A stretch of 64,000 bases of DNA, taken from Gammaproteobacteria bacterium (lineage in GTDB: Bacteria > Pseudomonadota > Gammaproteobacteria > Eutrophobiales > Eutrophobiaceae). The position numbers and the translations under genes were made by a program. The notes below the pieces were generated by a model. It made no database searches. It was not told the DNA's origin and worked only from the letters and a program-made list of their open reading frames with translations. The stretch is from contig CBDCDS010000003.1 of assembly GCA_965215365.1 (NCBI GenBank), forward strand, positions 1,920,001 through 1,984,000, read 5' to 3'. Positions 34,418 to 45,172 of this stretch are shown piece by piece; within the stretch, counting starts at the first letter, position 1, and each line of letters starts with the position of its first letter.

Positions 34418-34495
34418 GGTGAGTGTAGCTCAGTCAGGTAGAGCCCCGGATTGTGGTTCCGGTGGTCGTGGGTTCGAGCCCCATCACTCACCCCA
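34418..34495 (+). tRNA. tRNA-His(GTG)
   Basis: Anticodon arm CCGGA-TTGTGGT-TCCGG; G-1; CCA. Confidence 0.95.
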
Positions 34496-34545
34496 TCTTT
34501 TCCGGCGCGAAAAGCAGGCAGGGCTAGTGTGATATACTTGCCCGC

Positions 34546-34618
34546 GGGCCGTTAGCTTAGTCGGTAGAGCAGGGGACTCTTAATCCCAAGGTCCAGGGTT
34601 CGAATCCCTGACGGCCCA
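34546..34618 (+). tRNA. tRNA-Lys(CTT), CCA not encoded
   Basis: GGGCCGT/ACGGCCC acceptor stem; loop CTCTTAA; followed by TCG. Confidence 0.92.
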
Positions 34619-34651
34619 TCGGTAGTTCCCGTACAAGGAGCAATAAAGATC

Positions 34652-34879
34652 ATGATACATCGCCACCTCAACCATCAGGATTACACGCTTGCTTCTATTG
34701 ATGACGTGATCGCTCGTGGGCGGCGCTCGGACTGGGCGGATCTTAAGCAAACACTGGTCAAGCACCCGATCCTTGCAGGTAAAGTGGCTCAGGTCTGCCG
34801 CCGGCACTTATCCAACCCGCATGCACAGCGTTACCATTTCTGGAACCACCATGTGGTCAAACACTACGCCATTACCTGA
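34652..34879 (+). CDS. Small protein, putative antitoxin partner
   Basis: 75 aa; overlaps the start of the downstream nucleotidyltransferase gene. Confidence 0.55.
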   Translation: MIHRHLNHQDYTLASIDDVIARGRRSDWADLKQTLVKHPILAGKVAQVCRRHLSNPHAQRYHFWNHHVVKHYAIT

Positions 34880-35606
34880 CTGGGAGCAAGTACTCTCCTC
34901 AGCAGTGCGTTTACAGACTATCTTACCGGATACGGTGCTCGTTGGCGGCACCGCAGCGGCCGTCCATGCAAAGCATCGTCTTTCGCGTGATGCCGACCAT
35001 GTCCTCCCCGACCTGCGCACACATTTTGATGAGATCTTAGCGCAGCTCGAAGCCGTGGCCGGCTGGAAGACTGCGCGGATACGCCGTCCGGTACTGATTC
35101 TGGGGAGCCTGGATGGCATTGAAACCGGCATACGACAACTGATTCGACAGGCCCCGCTGGAAACCACCCTGATTGATCATCAAGGCGCCCAGTTGCAGGT
35201 GCCTACCGTTGCAGAAACCCTGCGTATCAAGGGCACTCTGATTCTGCGCAGAAACGCGACTCGGGATTATCTGGACTTCGCGGCGCTCAGTGAACATCTG
35301 GGTCCCCAGGACGCTGCGTTGGCGCTGGAGCCGTTTGATACATTATACCCACAGGACAATGACGAATCAGCCTTGCAGCAGCTGCTGATTCAGCTAGTCA
35401 ACCCAATGCCGTATGACTTGGATACTATTGAATTAAGGGAATACAACCACCTTGAACCGCGCTGGCACGACTGGAGGGCTGTACAAGCCGCCTGCCGGCA
35501 TACCGCCGATGCCCTTTTTTGCGGCTTGCATACAGCCCTCGAAGATGATCGTGCCCTGGATGAAGACCGGGATCCTCCAACAGAGCCTCCCGATCAAACG
35601 GAATAA
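34851..35606 (+). CDS. AbiEii-like nucleotidyltransferase (type IV TA toxin-like)
   Basis: VLVGGTAAA...HRLSRDAD...KG...RRNATRDYLDF; start uncertain. Confidence 0.7.
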   Translation: MWSNTTPLPDWEQVLSSAVRLQTILPDTVLVGGTAAAVHAKHRLSRDADHVLPDLRTHFDEILAQLEAVAGWKTARIRRPVLILGSLDGIETGIRQLIRQAPLETTLIDHQGAQLQVPTVAETLRIKGTLILRRNATRDYLDFAALSEHLGPQDAALALEPFDTLYPQDNDESALQQLLIQLVNPMPYDLDTIELREYNHLEPRWHDWRAVQAACRHTADALFCGLHTALEDDRALDEDRDPPTEPPDQTE

Positions 35607-35655
35607 GGTGCCGATCAGTCACGCTCCCCGTTAGCCGGCAACTGAAACGTCTTGA

Positions 35656-35690
35656 GGTAACCTCTAAAAATACCCTCCGTGGTATTTTGT
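35656..35690 (+). mobile_element. End of MITE family B
   Basis: GGTAACCTCTAAAAATACCCTCCGTGGTATTTT, shared with 50417 and 53838-53872. Confidence 0.6.
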
Positions 35691-35872
35691 TCGGCGGCAG
35701 TGCCTGGGTCGGCGCCACGGCTTGCCCGGATGGCGCATAATATGGGGGATGGGTTCAGAGTCATTGAATTTGACGATATATGCCTGTATTGTGGGAACCT
35801 TTGAGTTAATCAGAGAGTCTGATTGGCATTCGGCCACTTCTGAAAATTAGAGGTTACTATTCGACTGAACGG

Positions 35873-36214
35873 ATGAAATGTATGAGTTCTCTACATGGTC
35901 TGCTGGTTTTCCCCGCCATAATTGGCGTTGTTGCAGCAGGGCAATATTCTCTCCACGCGGCTGAGCCGGCGCCGGACGGTGGCGCTGCTGCGCATACCCT
36001 GGCATTGGACGCAGACAACAGGGATACAAAGCCGCAGGGCAAAACCGCCAATGTGCAAATGCCCGCAACCCGTCAGGAATGGCGGCAGGATGAACAGTGC
36101 ATGACGGTCTGCTCCAACTGGGGACAGGAGTGCGTCATGCTTAATTCCGGCTCCGACCGGGCCATCAGAAGGTGTGTGCGCACCTGCAAGTCATTCTCAG
36201 AGGAGTGCTTGTAG
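35873..36214 (+). CDS. Small secreted protein with a Cys-rich C-terminus
   Basis: Signal-like N-terminus; CMTVCSNWGQEC...RCVRTCKSFSEECL. Confidence 0.55.
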   Translation: MKCMSSLHGLLVFPAIIGVVAAGQYSLHAAEPAPDGGAAAHTLALDADNRDTKPQGKTANVQMPATRQEWRQDEQCMTVCSNWGQECVMLNSGSDRAIRRCVRTCKSFSEECL

Positions 36215-36298
36215 GCGCCCCCAAAGCCGCATGAGCGGGGTGCCGGGTCTGACAGTTCGGGAGCGTCTTACAGTCGCCAGTGCATCTGCCAATCCTGG

Positions 36299-36360
36299 CC
36301 CGCAGATCTTACCAAGTGATGCGAAGCTCGCGCCGGTTTGGTTCTGCCTGCGGGCTGGTT
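36299..36360 (+). mobile_element. MITE family A, left-end remnant
   Basis: CCCGCAGATCTTACCAAGTGATGCGAAGCTCGCGCCGG, similar to 57142 and 58686. Confidence 0.65.
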
Positions 36361-36401
36361 TCGTGTATAATGCCAGCCGGCAGTGGGTGCCCGCCCGGGA
36401 T

Positions 36402-36486
<85 letters not shown>

Positions 36487-36520
36487 CCTACCATACGAGA
36501 GTGAATATTGTGAGTGATAC

Positions 36521-37837
36521 ATGCAGGTTTCGGTAGCGTCTGGCAGCGGGTTGCAACGCAGCATTGCGGTTGACATACCGGAAGAGCGCATTCTTGGCGC
36601 AGTGGAAGAGCGCCTGAAATCCATGAGCAGGACCAGTCAGGTGCAGGGGTTTCGCCCCGGCAAGGCACCCATGCGCATCATCAAGCAACGCTTCGGCCCC
36701 CAGGTGCGCAGCGAAGTGGTTGAAAAACTCGTCAATTCATCCTTTTACGAAGCCGTCACCCAGGAATCTCTGCAACCGGTCGGCCAGCCGTTAATTGATT
36801 CGCTGCGGGAAGCGGTGGGCGAGGGCCTGAGCTACACGGCCACCTTTGAGGTGCTGCCGGAGATAGCGCTCAAACCGGTGACAGACCTGCACATTGAACA
36901 GCCGACCTGCGAGCTCACCGAGACCGATGTCGATGCCATGATCGACACACTGCGGCGGCAACGGCGTGAGTTTCAGCAGGTGCAGCGTGCGGCAGGCACG
37001 GGCGATCAGGTTAACATTGATTATCAGGGTACGGTTGATGATGACCAGGAAGACCTTAAAGGGGAGGGCGTAGCCGTTATCCTCGGCGATGAGCGCTACC
37101 CGCCGGAGCTGGAGCAGGGGCTGCAAGGTGCCACTGCCGGCCAGTCACTGGAACTGCGTCTGACTTTTCCGGAAGACTTCGACAGCATTCGGTTATCCGG
37201 CAAATCGGCGACCCTGCAAATCCGGGTCAATCACGTCGAGGAGGCCGTGCTGCCGGAACTCAATGACGAATTTTTTACAAACTTCGGTGTGTCCGAAGGT
37301 GGCGAACCGGCCTTCAGGCAGGAAATCCGCCGTCATCTGGACGCCGAAGCCGCGACTGCGCTGCGTAACCGTGTGCGTGACTCGGTGATGCAAGCCCTGC
37401 ATGATGCGAACGACATCGATGTGCCCGATACCCTGGTGCGCGCGGAAGTCCGGCGCCTGTTGGAGCAAATCAACATGGATACGAGAATGCAGGGCCTGAG
37501 TGAGGAGGATGCAAACCGGCTGGCTGACTCACAGGACTTACAGGCCATGGCCCGACGCCAGGTTGCGTTGCAGCTGCTCACGGCTGAGCTGATACGCGCC
37601 AACAACCTGCAGGCAAAACCGGAAAAAATCCGTGCGCTCATCGAAGCCAGGGCGCGGTCATATCAGGACCCCAGCGCCTTGATCAACTGGTACTACAATG
37701 ACAAGGAACGGCTGGCGCAAGTGGAAGCACTGGCGCTGGAGGACGAATTGATAGACTGGGTGGTCGGGCGCGGCAAGGTCAAGAAACTGTCATTGTCGTT
37801 TGACGAACTGGTGAATAAAAGGCAGAATCCGCAATGA
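36521..37837 (+). CDS. tig: Trigger factor
   Basis: GFRPGKAP signature; position before clpP. Confidence 0.95.
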   Translation: MQVSVASGSGLQRSIAVDIPEERILGAVEERLKSMSRTSQVQGFRPGKAPMRIIKQRFGPQVRSEVVEKLVNSSFYEAVTQESLQPVGQPLIDSLREAVGEGLSYTATFEVLPEIALKPVTDLHIEQPTCELTETDVDAMIDTLRRQRREFQQVQRAAGTGDQVNIDYQGTVDDDQEDLKGEGVAVILGDERYPPELEQGLQGATAGQSLELRLTFPEDFDSIRLSGKSATLQIRVNHVEEAVLPELNDEFFTNFGVSEGGEPAFRQEIRRHLDAEAATALRNRVRDSVMQALHDANDIDVPDTLVRAEVRRLLEQINMDTRMQGLSEEDANRLADSQDLQAMARRQVALQLLTAELIRANNLQAKPEKIRALIEARARSYQDPSALINWYYNDKERLAQVEALALEDELIDWVVGRGKVKKLSLSFDELVNKRQNPQ

Positions 37838-38466
37838 TGGATAAAACCCACATACAAGCGCTCAATCTGGTGCCCATGGTGGTGGAGCAGACCTCACGCG
37901 GTGAGCGCGCCTACGACATTTACTCGCGCCTGCTGAAAGAGCGGGTGCTGTTCCTGGTGGGGGCGGTTGAGGATCATGTCGCCAACCTGATCGTGGCCCA
38001 GTTATTGTTCTTGGAGTCGGAAAACCCCGACAAGGACATTCATTTCTATATCAACTCGCCGGGTGGCTCCGTTTCCGCCGGTCTGGCCGTGTACGACACC
38101 ATGCAGTTTGTCAAGCCTCAGGTCAGTACCATGTGCGTGGGTCAGGCGGCCAGCATGGGCGCTTTGTTACTGGCGGGCGGGGCCGCCGGCAAGCGTTTTT
38201 GCCTGCCTCATTCGCGGGTGATGATCCATCAACCTCTGGGCGGCTTCCAGGGACAGGCAACGGATGTGGATATCCATGCCAAAGAGATTTTGAAGGCGCG
38301 CGCGCGTCTCAACCAGATCCTGGTCACCCATACCGGACAGCCTGTTGACAAGATAGAGCGCGACACAGAGCGTGATAAATTCATGAGTTCCGAAGAGGCC
38401 CGGGATTATGGCCTAGTGGATGCGGTACTGGTTACGCGCGAGTCCGATCCGGCTGCCGTCCGGTAG
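37834..38466 (+). CDS. clpP: Clp protease proteolytic subunit
   Basis: [30 protein letters not shown]. Confidence 0.97.
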   Translation: MMDKTHIQALNLVPMVVEQTSRGERAYDIYSRLLKERVLFLVGAVEDHVANLIVAQLLFLESENPDKDIHFYINSPGGSVSAGLAVYDTMQFVKPQVSTMCVGQAASMGALLLAGGAAGKRFCLPHSRVMIHQPLGGFQGQATDVDIHAKEILKARARLNQILVTHTGQPVDKIERDTERDKFMSSEEARDYGLVDAVLVTRESDPAAVR

Positions 38467-38508
38467 CGCAGTTGCGGTGGGCAATTTTTTCCATCCGGGC
38501 AGGCTGAC

Positions 38509-39795
38509 ATGAGTACCCGCAAACAAGGTAAGGCAGGTCAAGGCGACAGACTCCTGTATTGTTCATTCTGCGGCAAAAGCCAGCACGAGGTGCGTAAGCT
38601 GATTGCCGGTCCTTCCGTGTTCATCTGTGATGAATGCGTCGAGTTGTGCAACGACATCATCTGGGAAGAAGTCCAGGAGCGTGCCATTTCCGGATCTGCC
38701 AGTTCCCTGCCAAGCCCCCAGAAAATCAATGAGATACTGAATGAGTACGTGATCGGCCAGGATACGGCCAAGAAGATCCTCTCGGTGGCGGTTTACAACC
38801 ACTACAAGCGCATGGACCCGGGCGCGAAGAAGTCCGAGGTGGAACTGGCCAAGAGCAACGTGTTGTTGATTGGCCCCACCGGCAGCGGCAAGACCCTGCT
38901 GGCCGAAACCCTGGCGCGCCTGCTCAACGTGCCGTTTACCATTGCCGACGCCACCACCCTGACGGAAGCGGGCTACGTGGGTGAGGATGTCGAAAACATC
39001 ATCCAGAAGTTGCTGCAGAAATGTGATTATGACGTGGAGAAGGCGCAGACCGGCATTGTCTATATTGATGAAATCGACAAGATCTCGCGCAAGTCCGACA
39101 ATCCTTCAATCACTCGCGACGTCTCCGGAGAAGGCGTCCAGCAGGCGCTGTTGAAGCTAGTTGAAGGCACGGTGGCCTCGGTGCCGCCGCAGGGTGGGCG
39201 CAAACACCCGCAGCAGGAATTTCTGCAGGTGAATACGACTGACATCCTGTTCATCTGCGGCGGCGCGTTTGCCGGTCTGGACAAAATTATTCGTGAGCGT
39301 TCGGAAAGAGCCGGTATCGGTTTTTCCGCGGAAGTAAAAAGCCTGTCGGACCGCAAGAGTATGAGTGCTTTGATCCGGACCGTAGAACCCGAGGACTTGA
39401 TCAAGTACGGCATCATTCCTGAATTCGTCGGGCGCCTGCCGGTAGTGGCGACGCTCGATGAGCTCGATGAAGCGCAACTGGTGAAGATTCTGGTGGAACC
39501 GAAGAATGCTTTGGTCAAGCAATACCAGCGCATGTTCGAGATGGAGAACTGTGAAATAGAGTTTCGTGATGAGGCCTTGCGCAAAGTTGCCCGCAAGTCC
39601 ATGCAACGCAAGACCGGCGCCCGCGGGTTACGCTCGATTATGGAAAATGTGCTGCTTGACACCATGTATGAGCTGCCCTCCACAGAAGGTGTGACCAAGG
39701 TGGTGATCGATGCCGGCGTTATCTCCGGCGAGGCCAAACCGTTGATGATTTACGAGGGTGGCGAGTTACCCAAGGCGGCGTCCGATGCGGATTGA
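38509..39795 (+). CDS. clpX: Clp protease ATP-binding subunit
   Basis: CSFCGKS Zn finger; GPTGSGKT; DEIDKI; TGARGLR. Confidence 0.97.
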   Translation: MSTRKQGKAGQGDRLLYCSFCGKSQHEVRKLIAGPSVFICDECVELCNDIIWEEVQERAISGSASSLPSPQKINEILNEYVIGQDTAKKILSVAVYNHYKRMDPGAKKSEVELAKSNVLLIGPTGSGKTLLAETLARLLNVPFTIADATTLTEAGYVGEDVENIIQKLLQKCDYDVEKAQTGIVYIDEIDKISRKSDNPSITRDVSGEGVQQALLKLVEGTVASVPPQGGRKHPQQEFLQVNTTDILFICGGAFAGLDKIIRERSERAGIGFSAEVKSLSDRKSMSALIRTVEPEDLIKYGIIPEFVGRLPVVATLDELDEAQLVKILVEPKNALVKQYQRMFEMENCEIEFRDEALRKVARKSMQRKTGARGLRSIMENVLLDTMYELPSTEGVTKVVIDAGVISGEAKPLMIYEGGELPKAASDAD

Positions 39796-39890
39796 CCGGC
39801 GCCCGCCCGCCACCGGGCCGGCAGTCTTCATCGTGCGCTTGCAATCCGTTACCTTCGCCCCCATCTGCAAGGGGTAGAGGTCCTATCGAT

Positions 39891-42308
39891 ATGGCTACCA
39901 AATCCAAACCCCCCTTGCAGGTCTTGCCGGTACTGCCGCTACGGGACGTAGTGGTGTATCCCTATATGGTCATTCCCTTGTTCGTAGGCAGGGAAAAATC
40001 CATACAGGCGCTCGATACGGCCATGGGCGGTAACAAGCAAATCCTGCTGGTTGCCCAGAAGAGCGCCGGGGAAGATGATCCGGGCGTTGATGAGATCTAT
40101 GACGTCGGCGCGCTGGCGAATATCCTGCAGTTGCTGAAACTGCCTGACGGCACCATCAAGGTGTTGGTGGAAGGCGCCCGGCGCGCGCGCGTGGACAGTT
40201 ATATCGAAACAGAGTCGATGTTTTTTGCCAATACCGAGCTGCTGGAAGAAGAACTGCCCGAGGTGCGAGCCGTTGAGATATTGCTGCATCCGGCCCTCAA
40301 GCAGTTCGAACAATACGTCAAGCTGAACAAAAAGGTACCGCCGGAAATCCTGTCATCGCTGTCTAGTATCGACGATCCTTCCCGTCTGGCCGACACCATC
40401 GCCGCGCACATGTCGGTGAAGATTGAAGATAAACAGGCAGTGCTGGAACAAGTGGACTTGCGCGCCAGACTGGAATACCTGATCAATCTGCTGGAGACGG
40501 AGATCGACCTGCTGAACGTGGAGAAACGCATCCGCGGCCGGGTCAAGTCGCAAATGGAAAAGAGCCAGCGCGAGTATTACCTCAACGAACAGATGAAGGC
40601 GATCCAGAAGGAGCTGGGTGATATGGACGAAGCACCCAACGAAATGGAGGAGTTGGGCAATAAAATCGCCAAGTCGGGGATGCCCAAGGAAACGCGCAAA
40701 AAAGCGGATACTGAACTGGGCAAGCTGAAAATGATGCCGCCCATGTCGGCCGAAGCCACGGTGGTAAGAAATTACATCGACTGGTTGCTCAATGTGCCCT
40801 GGAAGCGGCGCAGCAAGATCTCGCGGGATATCAACAAGGCAGAACAGATTCTCGAAGAAGACCACTTTGGCCTGGACAAGGTAAAACAGCGTATTCTGGA
40901 GTATCTGGCGGTACAGCAACGGGTAAAAAAACCCAAGGGACCGATCCTGTGTCTGGTCGGGCCGCCGGGTGTGGGAAAAACCTCCCTGGGTCGCTCCATC
41001 GCCCGCGCCACCAACCGGAAATTCATTCGCATGTCCTTAGGCGGCGTGCGTGACGAGGCTGAGATAAGAGGGCACCGGCGCACTTATATCGGTTCCATGC
41101 CGGGGAAAATACTGCAAAGTATGGCCAAAGTCGGCACCCGCAACCCACTGCTGCTGCTCGATGAGGTGGACAAGATGGCCATGGATTTTCGCGGCGACCC
41201 GGCTTCGGCGCTGCTGGAAGTGCTGGACCCCGAACAGAACAACTCCTTCGCCGACCATTATCTGGAGGTGGACTTCGACCTGTCCGAGGTAATGTTCGTC
41301 ACCACCGCCAACAGCCTCAATATACCCGCTCCATTGCTGGATCGTATGGAGGTCATCCGTATCTCCGGCTATACCGAAGATGAAAAGATAAATATCGCTC
41401 GTAACTACCTGATTCCAAAGCAACTGGAACGGAATGGTCTGGAACGGAAGGAGATCAGTCTGGGGGACGCGGCCATCAAGGAGATCATCCGCTATTACAC
41501 CCGTGAGGCGGGTGTGCGTAACCTGGAGCGGGAACTGGCCAGTATCTGTCGCAAGGTCGTCACCCGGTTATTGCAGAAGGTCGACCTGAAACAGATCTCC
41601 GTGACGCCGTCTAGGCTGGAGAAAATGATTGGTGTCAAGAAATTCCGCTACGGCCGCGTCGAAGAGGAAGACCGGATCGGACAGGTCACTGGTCTGGCCT
41701 GGACCGAAACCGGCGGTGATCTGCTGACCATAGAGGCCACGGTGGTGCCAGGCAAGGGCGAGGCCATTCGCACCGGCCACTTAGGCGATGTGATGAAGGA
41801 ATCCATCGAGGCTGCACGTACTGTGGTGCGCAGCCGCAGTGAGTTTTTGGGCATAGACATGAATTTTTACAAAGAGCGGGACTTTCACGTTCATGTTCCC
41901 GAAGGCGCCACCCCCAAGGACGGCCCCAGTGCCGGCGTGGCCATGTGTACCGCCCTGGTGTCGGCCCTCACCGACGTTCCGGTGCGCGCCAATGTGGCCA
42001 TGACCGGCGAGATCACCTTGCGCGGCGAGGTGTTGCCCATCGGCGGGCTCAAGGAAAAATTGCTGGCGGCGCTGCGCGGCGGTATCGACACGGTGTTGAT
42101 CCCTTTCGAGAACGAGCGAGAGCTCATCGAAATACCCAGGAATATCAAGCAGAACCTGACTATCAAGCCGGTGCGCTGGATCGACGAGGTGCTGGAAATC
42201 GCCTTGCAGGACCAACCGCGCCCGCAGGCCGAAGAGAGCGAAGCGGCGCTGGTAGAGCAGCCAGCAGTTCCCAAGGAAGAAGGCTCAGAAGCGAGCCTGC
42301 CGCATTAG
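39891..42308 (+). CDS. lon: Lon protease
   Basis: [27 protein letters not shown]; ATG 39891 preferred over the upstream TTG. Confidence 0.96.
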   Translation: MATKSKPPLQVLPVLPLRDVVVYPYMVIPLFVGREKSIQALDTAMGGNKQILLVAQKSAGEDDPGVDEIYDVGALANILQLLKLPDGTIKVLVEGARRARVDSYIETESMFFANTELLEEELPEVRAVEILLHPALKQFEQYVKLNKKVPPEILSSLSSIDDPSRLADTIAAHMSVKIEDKQAVLEQVDLRARLEYLINLLETEIDLLNVEKRIRGRVKSQMEKSQREYYLNEQMKAIQKELGDMDEAPNEMEELGNKIAKSGMPKETRKKADTELGKLKMMPPMSAEATVVRNYIDWLLNVPWKRRSKISRDINKAEQILEEDHFGLDKVKQRILEYLAVQQRVKKPKGPILCLVGPPGVGKTSLGRSIARATNRKFIRMSLGGVRDEAEIRGHRRTYIGSMPGKILQSMAKVGTRNPLLLLDEVDKMAMDFRGDPASALLEVLDPEQNNSFADHYLEVDFDLSEVMFVTTANSLNIPAPLLDRMEVIRISGYTEDEKINIARNYLIPKQLERNGLERKEISLGDAAIKEIIRYYTREAGVRNLERELASICRKVVTRLLQKVDLKQISVTPSRLEKMIGVKKFRYGRVEEEDRIGQVTGLAWTETGGDLLTIEATVVPGKGEAIRTGHLGDVMKESIEAARTVVRSRSEFLGIDMNFYKERDFHVHVPEGATPKDGPSAGVAMCTALVSALTDVPVRANVAMTGEITLRGEVLPIGGLKEKLLAALRGGIDTVLIPFENERELIEIPRNIKQNLTIKPVRWIDEVLEIALQDQPRPQAEESEAALVEQPAVPKEEGSEASLPH

Positions 42309-42374
42309 CTTGAAATTTCTTCCATTCAGGACTATTATCCGTAATAGTTTAACTATTATGGAGTTTGTTCCTGA

Positions 42375-43544
42375 ATGGTTGATGTGCGCAGAATCCTGAA
42401 TATTGAGTTGGAGACCGGTCAGTCCGCGTTTTTATGGGGCCCGCGCAAGGCCGGCAAGTCCACTTACTTGAAGCAGGCATTCCCCCACAGTATCGTCTAT
42501 GATTTTCTGCGCACGGATGTTGCGTTGGATTTCATCAGGAACCCTGCCCTGCTACGGGAACGCCTGCTGGCAGATCGGGCAACAGCGACGCGGTCGCCCG
42601 TTATCCTTGACGAGGTGCAGAAAGTCCCTGCAATTCTGGATGAGGTACACTGGCTGATTGAGAATGCCGGGCTGAGTTTTGTCCTGTGTGGTTCCAGCGC
42701 CAGAAAGCTGGTAAAAGGGGGCGCCAACCTGCTTGGCGGTCGCGCCTGGCGCTTTGAAATGTTCCCGTTTGTCTTTCCTGAAATTGAACAGTTCGACCTG
42801 TTGCGCGCCCTGAACCAGGGGCTGTTGCCGTCTCATTACCTGCAACCGCGCAATTATGAACGCTCATTACGTGCATATACACAGGACTACCTGAAAGAAG
42901 AAGTGTTCAGCGAGGGCCTGGTGCGCAACATCCCCGCGTTCTCACGATTTTTTGAAGCCATGGGGTATTCTCACGGCGAGTTAATCAACTATGCCAACAT
43001 CGGCCGGGATTGCGGCGTTGATGCAAAGACCGTCAAAGAGTATTTTCAGATACTGGTTGATACTTTATTGGGCGCTTATGTGTCGCCATACAAAAGGAGG
43101 CAAAGCCGCCAGGTGATCAGCAAGGCGTCCAAATTCTACCTGTTTGACGTTGGCATTGCCGGACACCTTGGCAAGCGCCGGCTGACCGAAGCGCGTGGCG
43201 AGCAGTTCGGCAAGGCTTTGGAACATTTCATTTTTATGGAATTGAACGCCCACCGCGCGTACCGGGAGCTGCATTATGAGATCAATTTCTGGCGCACCAA
43301 ATCGGGGCAGGAAGTTGACTTTGTCTTAGGTGGCGGCGAGGTTGCCATAGAAGTGAAAGGAACCAGCCGCATAAATAATTCCGACTTGAAGTCCATGCAG
43401 GCTTTTTACGATGAGTTCAGGCCACGGTTGGGCATTGTTGTAAGCAACGACAAATACGAGCGTAAAATGGGTGATATATTGGCGCTGCCATGGCGGAGTT
43501 TCCTGGACAGATTATGGAGTGGGGAGTTATTCCCGGGAGCCTGA
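42375..43544 (+). CDS. AAA ATPase with DUF4143 / C-terminal PD-(D/E)XK-like motif
   Basis: GPRKAGKST, DEVQK, KFYLFDVG, FWRT...EVDFV...IEVK. Confidence 0.85.
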   Translation: MVDVRRILNIELETGQSAFLWGPRKAGKSTYLKQAFPHSIVYDFLRTDVALDFIRNPALLRERLLADRATATRSPVILDEVQKVPAILDEVHWLIENAGLSFVLCGSSARKLVKGGANLLGGRAWRFEMFPFVFPEIEQFDLLRALNQGLLPSHYLQPRNYERSLRAYTQDYLKEEVFSEGLVRNIPAFSRFFEAMGYSHGELINYANIGRDCGVDAKTVKEYFQILVDTLLGAYVSPYKRRQSRQVISKASKFYLFDVGIAGHLGKRRLTEARGEQFGKALEHFIFMELNAHRAYRELHYEINFWRTKSGQEVDFVLGGGEVAIEVKGTSRINNSDLKSMQAFYDEFRPRLGIVVSNDKYERKMGDILALPWRSFLDRLWSGELFPGA

Positions 43545-43795
43545 AGCGGTAAAAATTAAATTGAAAGGGTACCTTGAGCGGTTATAATTTCGCATCGATC
43601 AAGTAACGTGGGAGTTCCGACGTGGTACAACTGAAGTTCCTTGTATTCAATCCATCCTCGAACACGATGAGCCCTTGCCGCATTGAAGCAGCAAGGGCTG
43701 GAATACAATACCCTGGTCATTTTTTCTTCCGACCGGATACGGGCGGTTGTTGCAAAGATGGGCGGTAAGCGGGCGCCTTACAGGGAACTGCTGTC

Positions 43796-45172
43796 GTGAG
43801 CGATTGCAATATCGAAAACCGCACTATCTTTTGCGATGACAACATTGATACTTTGCCAGGTATAAATTCGGCTTGTATCGATCTGATTTACCTTGATCCG
43901 CCGTTTAACAAAAACAAGAAATTTACCGCCCCCATCGGCTCCAGCGCCGAAGGTGCCAGTTTTAAGGACATTTTTCGTGAGGACGATTTGAAGGACGAAT
44001 GGTTGCTGACCATAGCCGAGGATGAACCCGACCTGTTTCATTACCTGAACGGGATTAAGGGTATAGGAAAGCCATACAACTTTGCTTATCTGTCCTATAT
44101 GGCTATTCGTTTGATTGAATGCCGGCGGATTTTGAAGCGGAGCGGGAGTGTTTATCTGCACTGCGACCCTACCATGTCGCACTACCTTAAAACGACAATG
44201 GATTGCATATTCGGGGAAAAGAATTTCAGGAATGAGGTCATCTGGTGTTACCGGGAGGCCATTAACTCATCAAAACGCTGGAACAGAAAGCACGATACGC
44301 TGCTTTTTTATTCAATGTCAGAGAAATGGACGTTTAATGCAGATGAAGTGCTACAGCCTCATTCAGAAGCAACAGTCAAAAAATATCATCTTGAAGATGA
44401 AAAGGGGAAATACCGGCTAATGGGCCGGGGCATTACCGGAAGCCCGATAAAATCCAAGCGTGATGTTGCACAGAACTGGGAAACCAATCACCCTGAATGG
44501 GTGTATCGTCAATACCTACGTAAAGGTACCTATCCGGTTGATTACTGGTTCATTGACGTTATCAACCAGAATGCAAAAGAACGCGTCGGCTACCCTACAC
44601 AAAAACCCCTTGCTTTACTGGAACGGATTATATCGGCATCCAGCAACGAGGGCGACACAATCCTTGATCCTTTTTGCGGCTGTGCCACTACTTGTGTCGC
44701 TGCGGAGCGGTTGGGGCGCAAGTGGATAGGGATTGACATATCCGTAAAGGCGTATGAGCTGGTCAGAGAGCGGCTGGGAAAAGAAACTGCCAGCATTTTA
44801 ACCGAGGATGTTGTTGTTGATCTGAAAACCGACCCGCCAAAGCGCACAGACCAGGCTCGGGATTACCGGGAACAAAAATACGTCTATGTCATCTCCCATC
44901 CGCATTACCCCGGAGAATACAAGGTAGGCATTGCCAGGAACTGGAAGTCACGATTAAATGCTTATCAGACTTCCGATCCGGACCGTCAATACAAACTCGA
45001 ATACAAGCTGGAAACGCCCTGGTTTCGGGAAACGGAAAAGCATATCCATGACACCTTTCCGAATAAACACGAGTGGGTGCAGGGGAAACTGGACGAAATA
45101 ACCGAAGCTATCAGGACGCACAAGCCCACCTGTGCAGATCGAAGCGCCGGATTTATTCACAAAAGCCAGTGA
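43796..45172 (+). CDS. N4/N6 DNA methyltransferase fused to a GIY-YIG (T5orf172-like) domain
   Basis: YLDPPFN, YPTQKP, DPFCGCAT; C-terminal YVYVI...YKVGIA...RLNAYQT...HEWV. Confidence 0.8.
   Translation: MSDCNIENRTIFCDDNIDTLPGINSACIDLIYLDPPFNKNKKFTAPIGSSAEGASFKDIFREDDLKDEWLLTIAEDEPDLFHYLNGIKGIGKPYNFAYLSYMAIRLIECRRILKRSGSVYLHCDPTMSHYLKTTMDCIFGEKNFRNEVIWCYREAINSSKRWNRKHDTLLFYSMSEKWTFNADEVLQPHSEATVKKYHLEDEKGKYRLMGRGITGSPIKSKRDVAQNWETNHPEWVYRQYLRKGTYPVDYWFIDVINQNAKERVGYPTQKPLALLERIISASSNEGDTILDPFCGCATTCVAAERLGRKWIGIDISVKAYELVRERLGKETASILTEDVVVDLKTDPPKRTDQARDYREQKYVYVISHPHYPGEYKVGIARNWKSRLNAYQTSDPDRQYKLEYKLETPWFRETEKHIHDTFPNKHEWVQGKLDEITEAIRTHKPTCADRSAGFIHKSQ

Noticed and set aside
39792-39890. 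N-terminal extension of Lon from TTG 39792
   Set aside because: Low-complexity sequence; ATG 39891 has a GAGG upstream and gives a typical Lon start.
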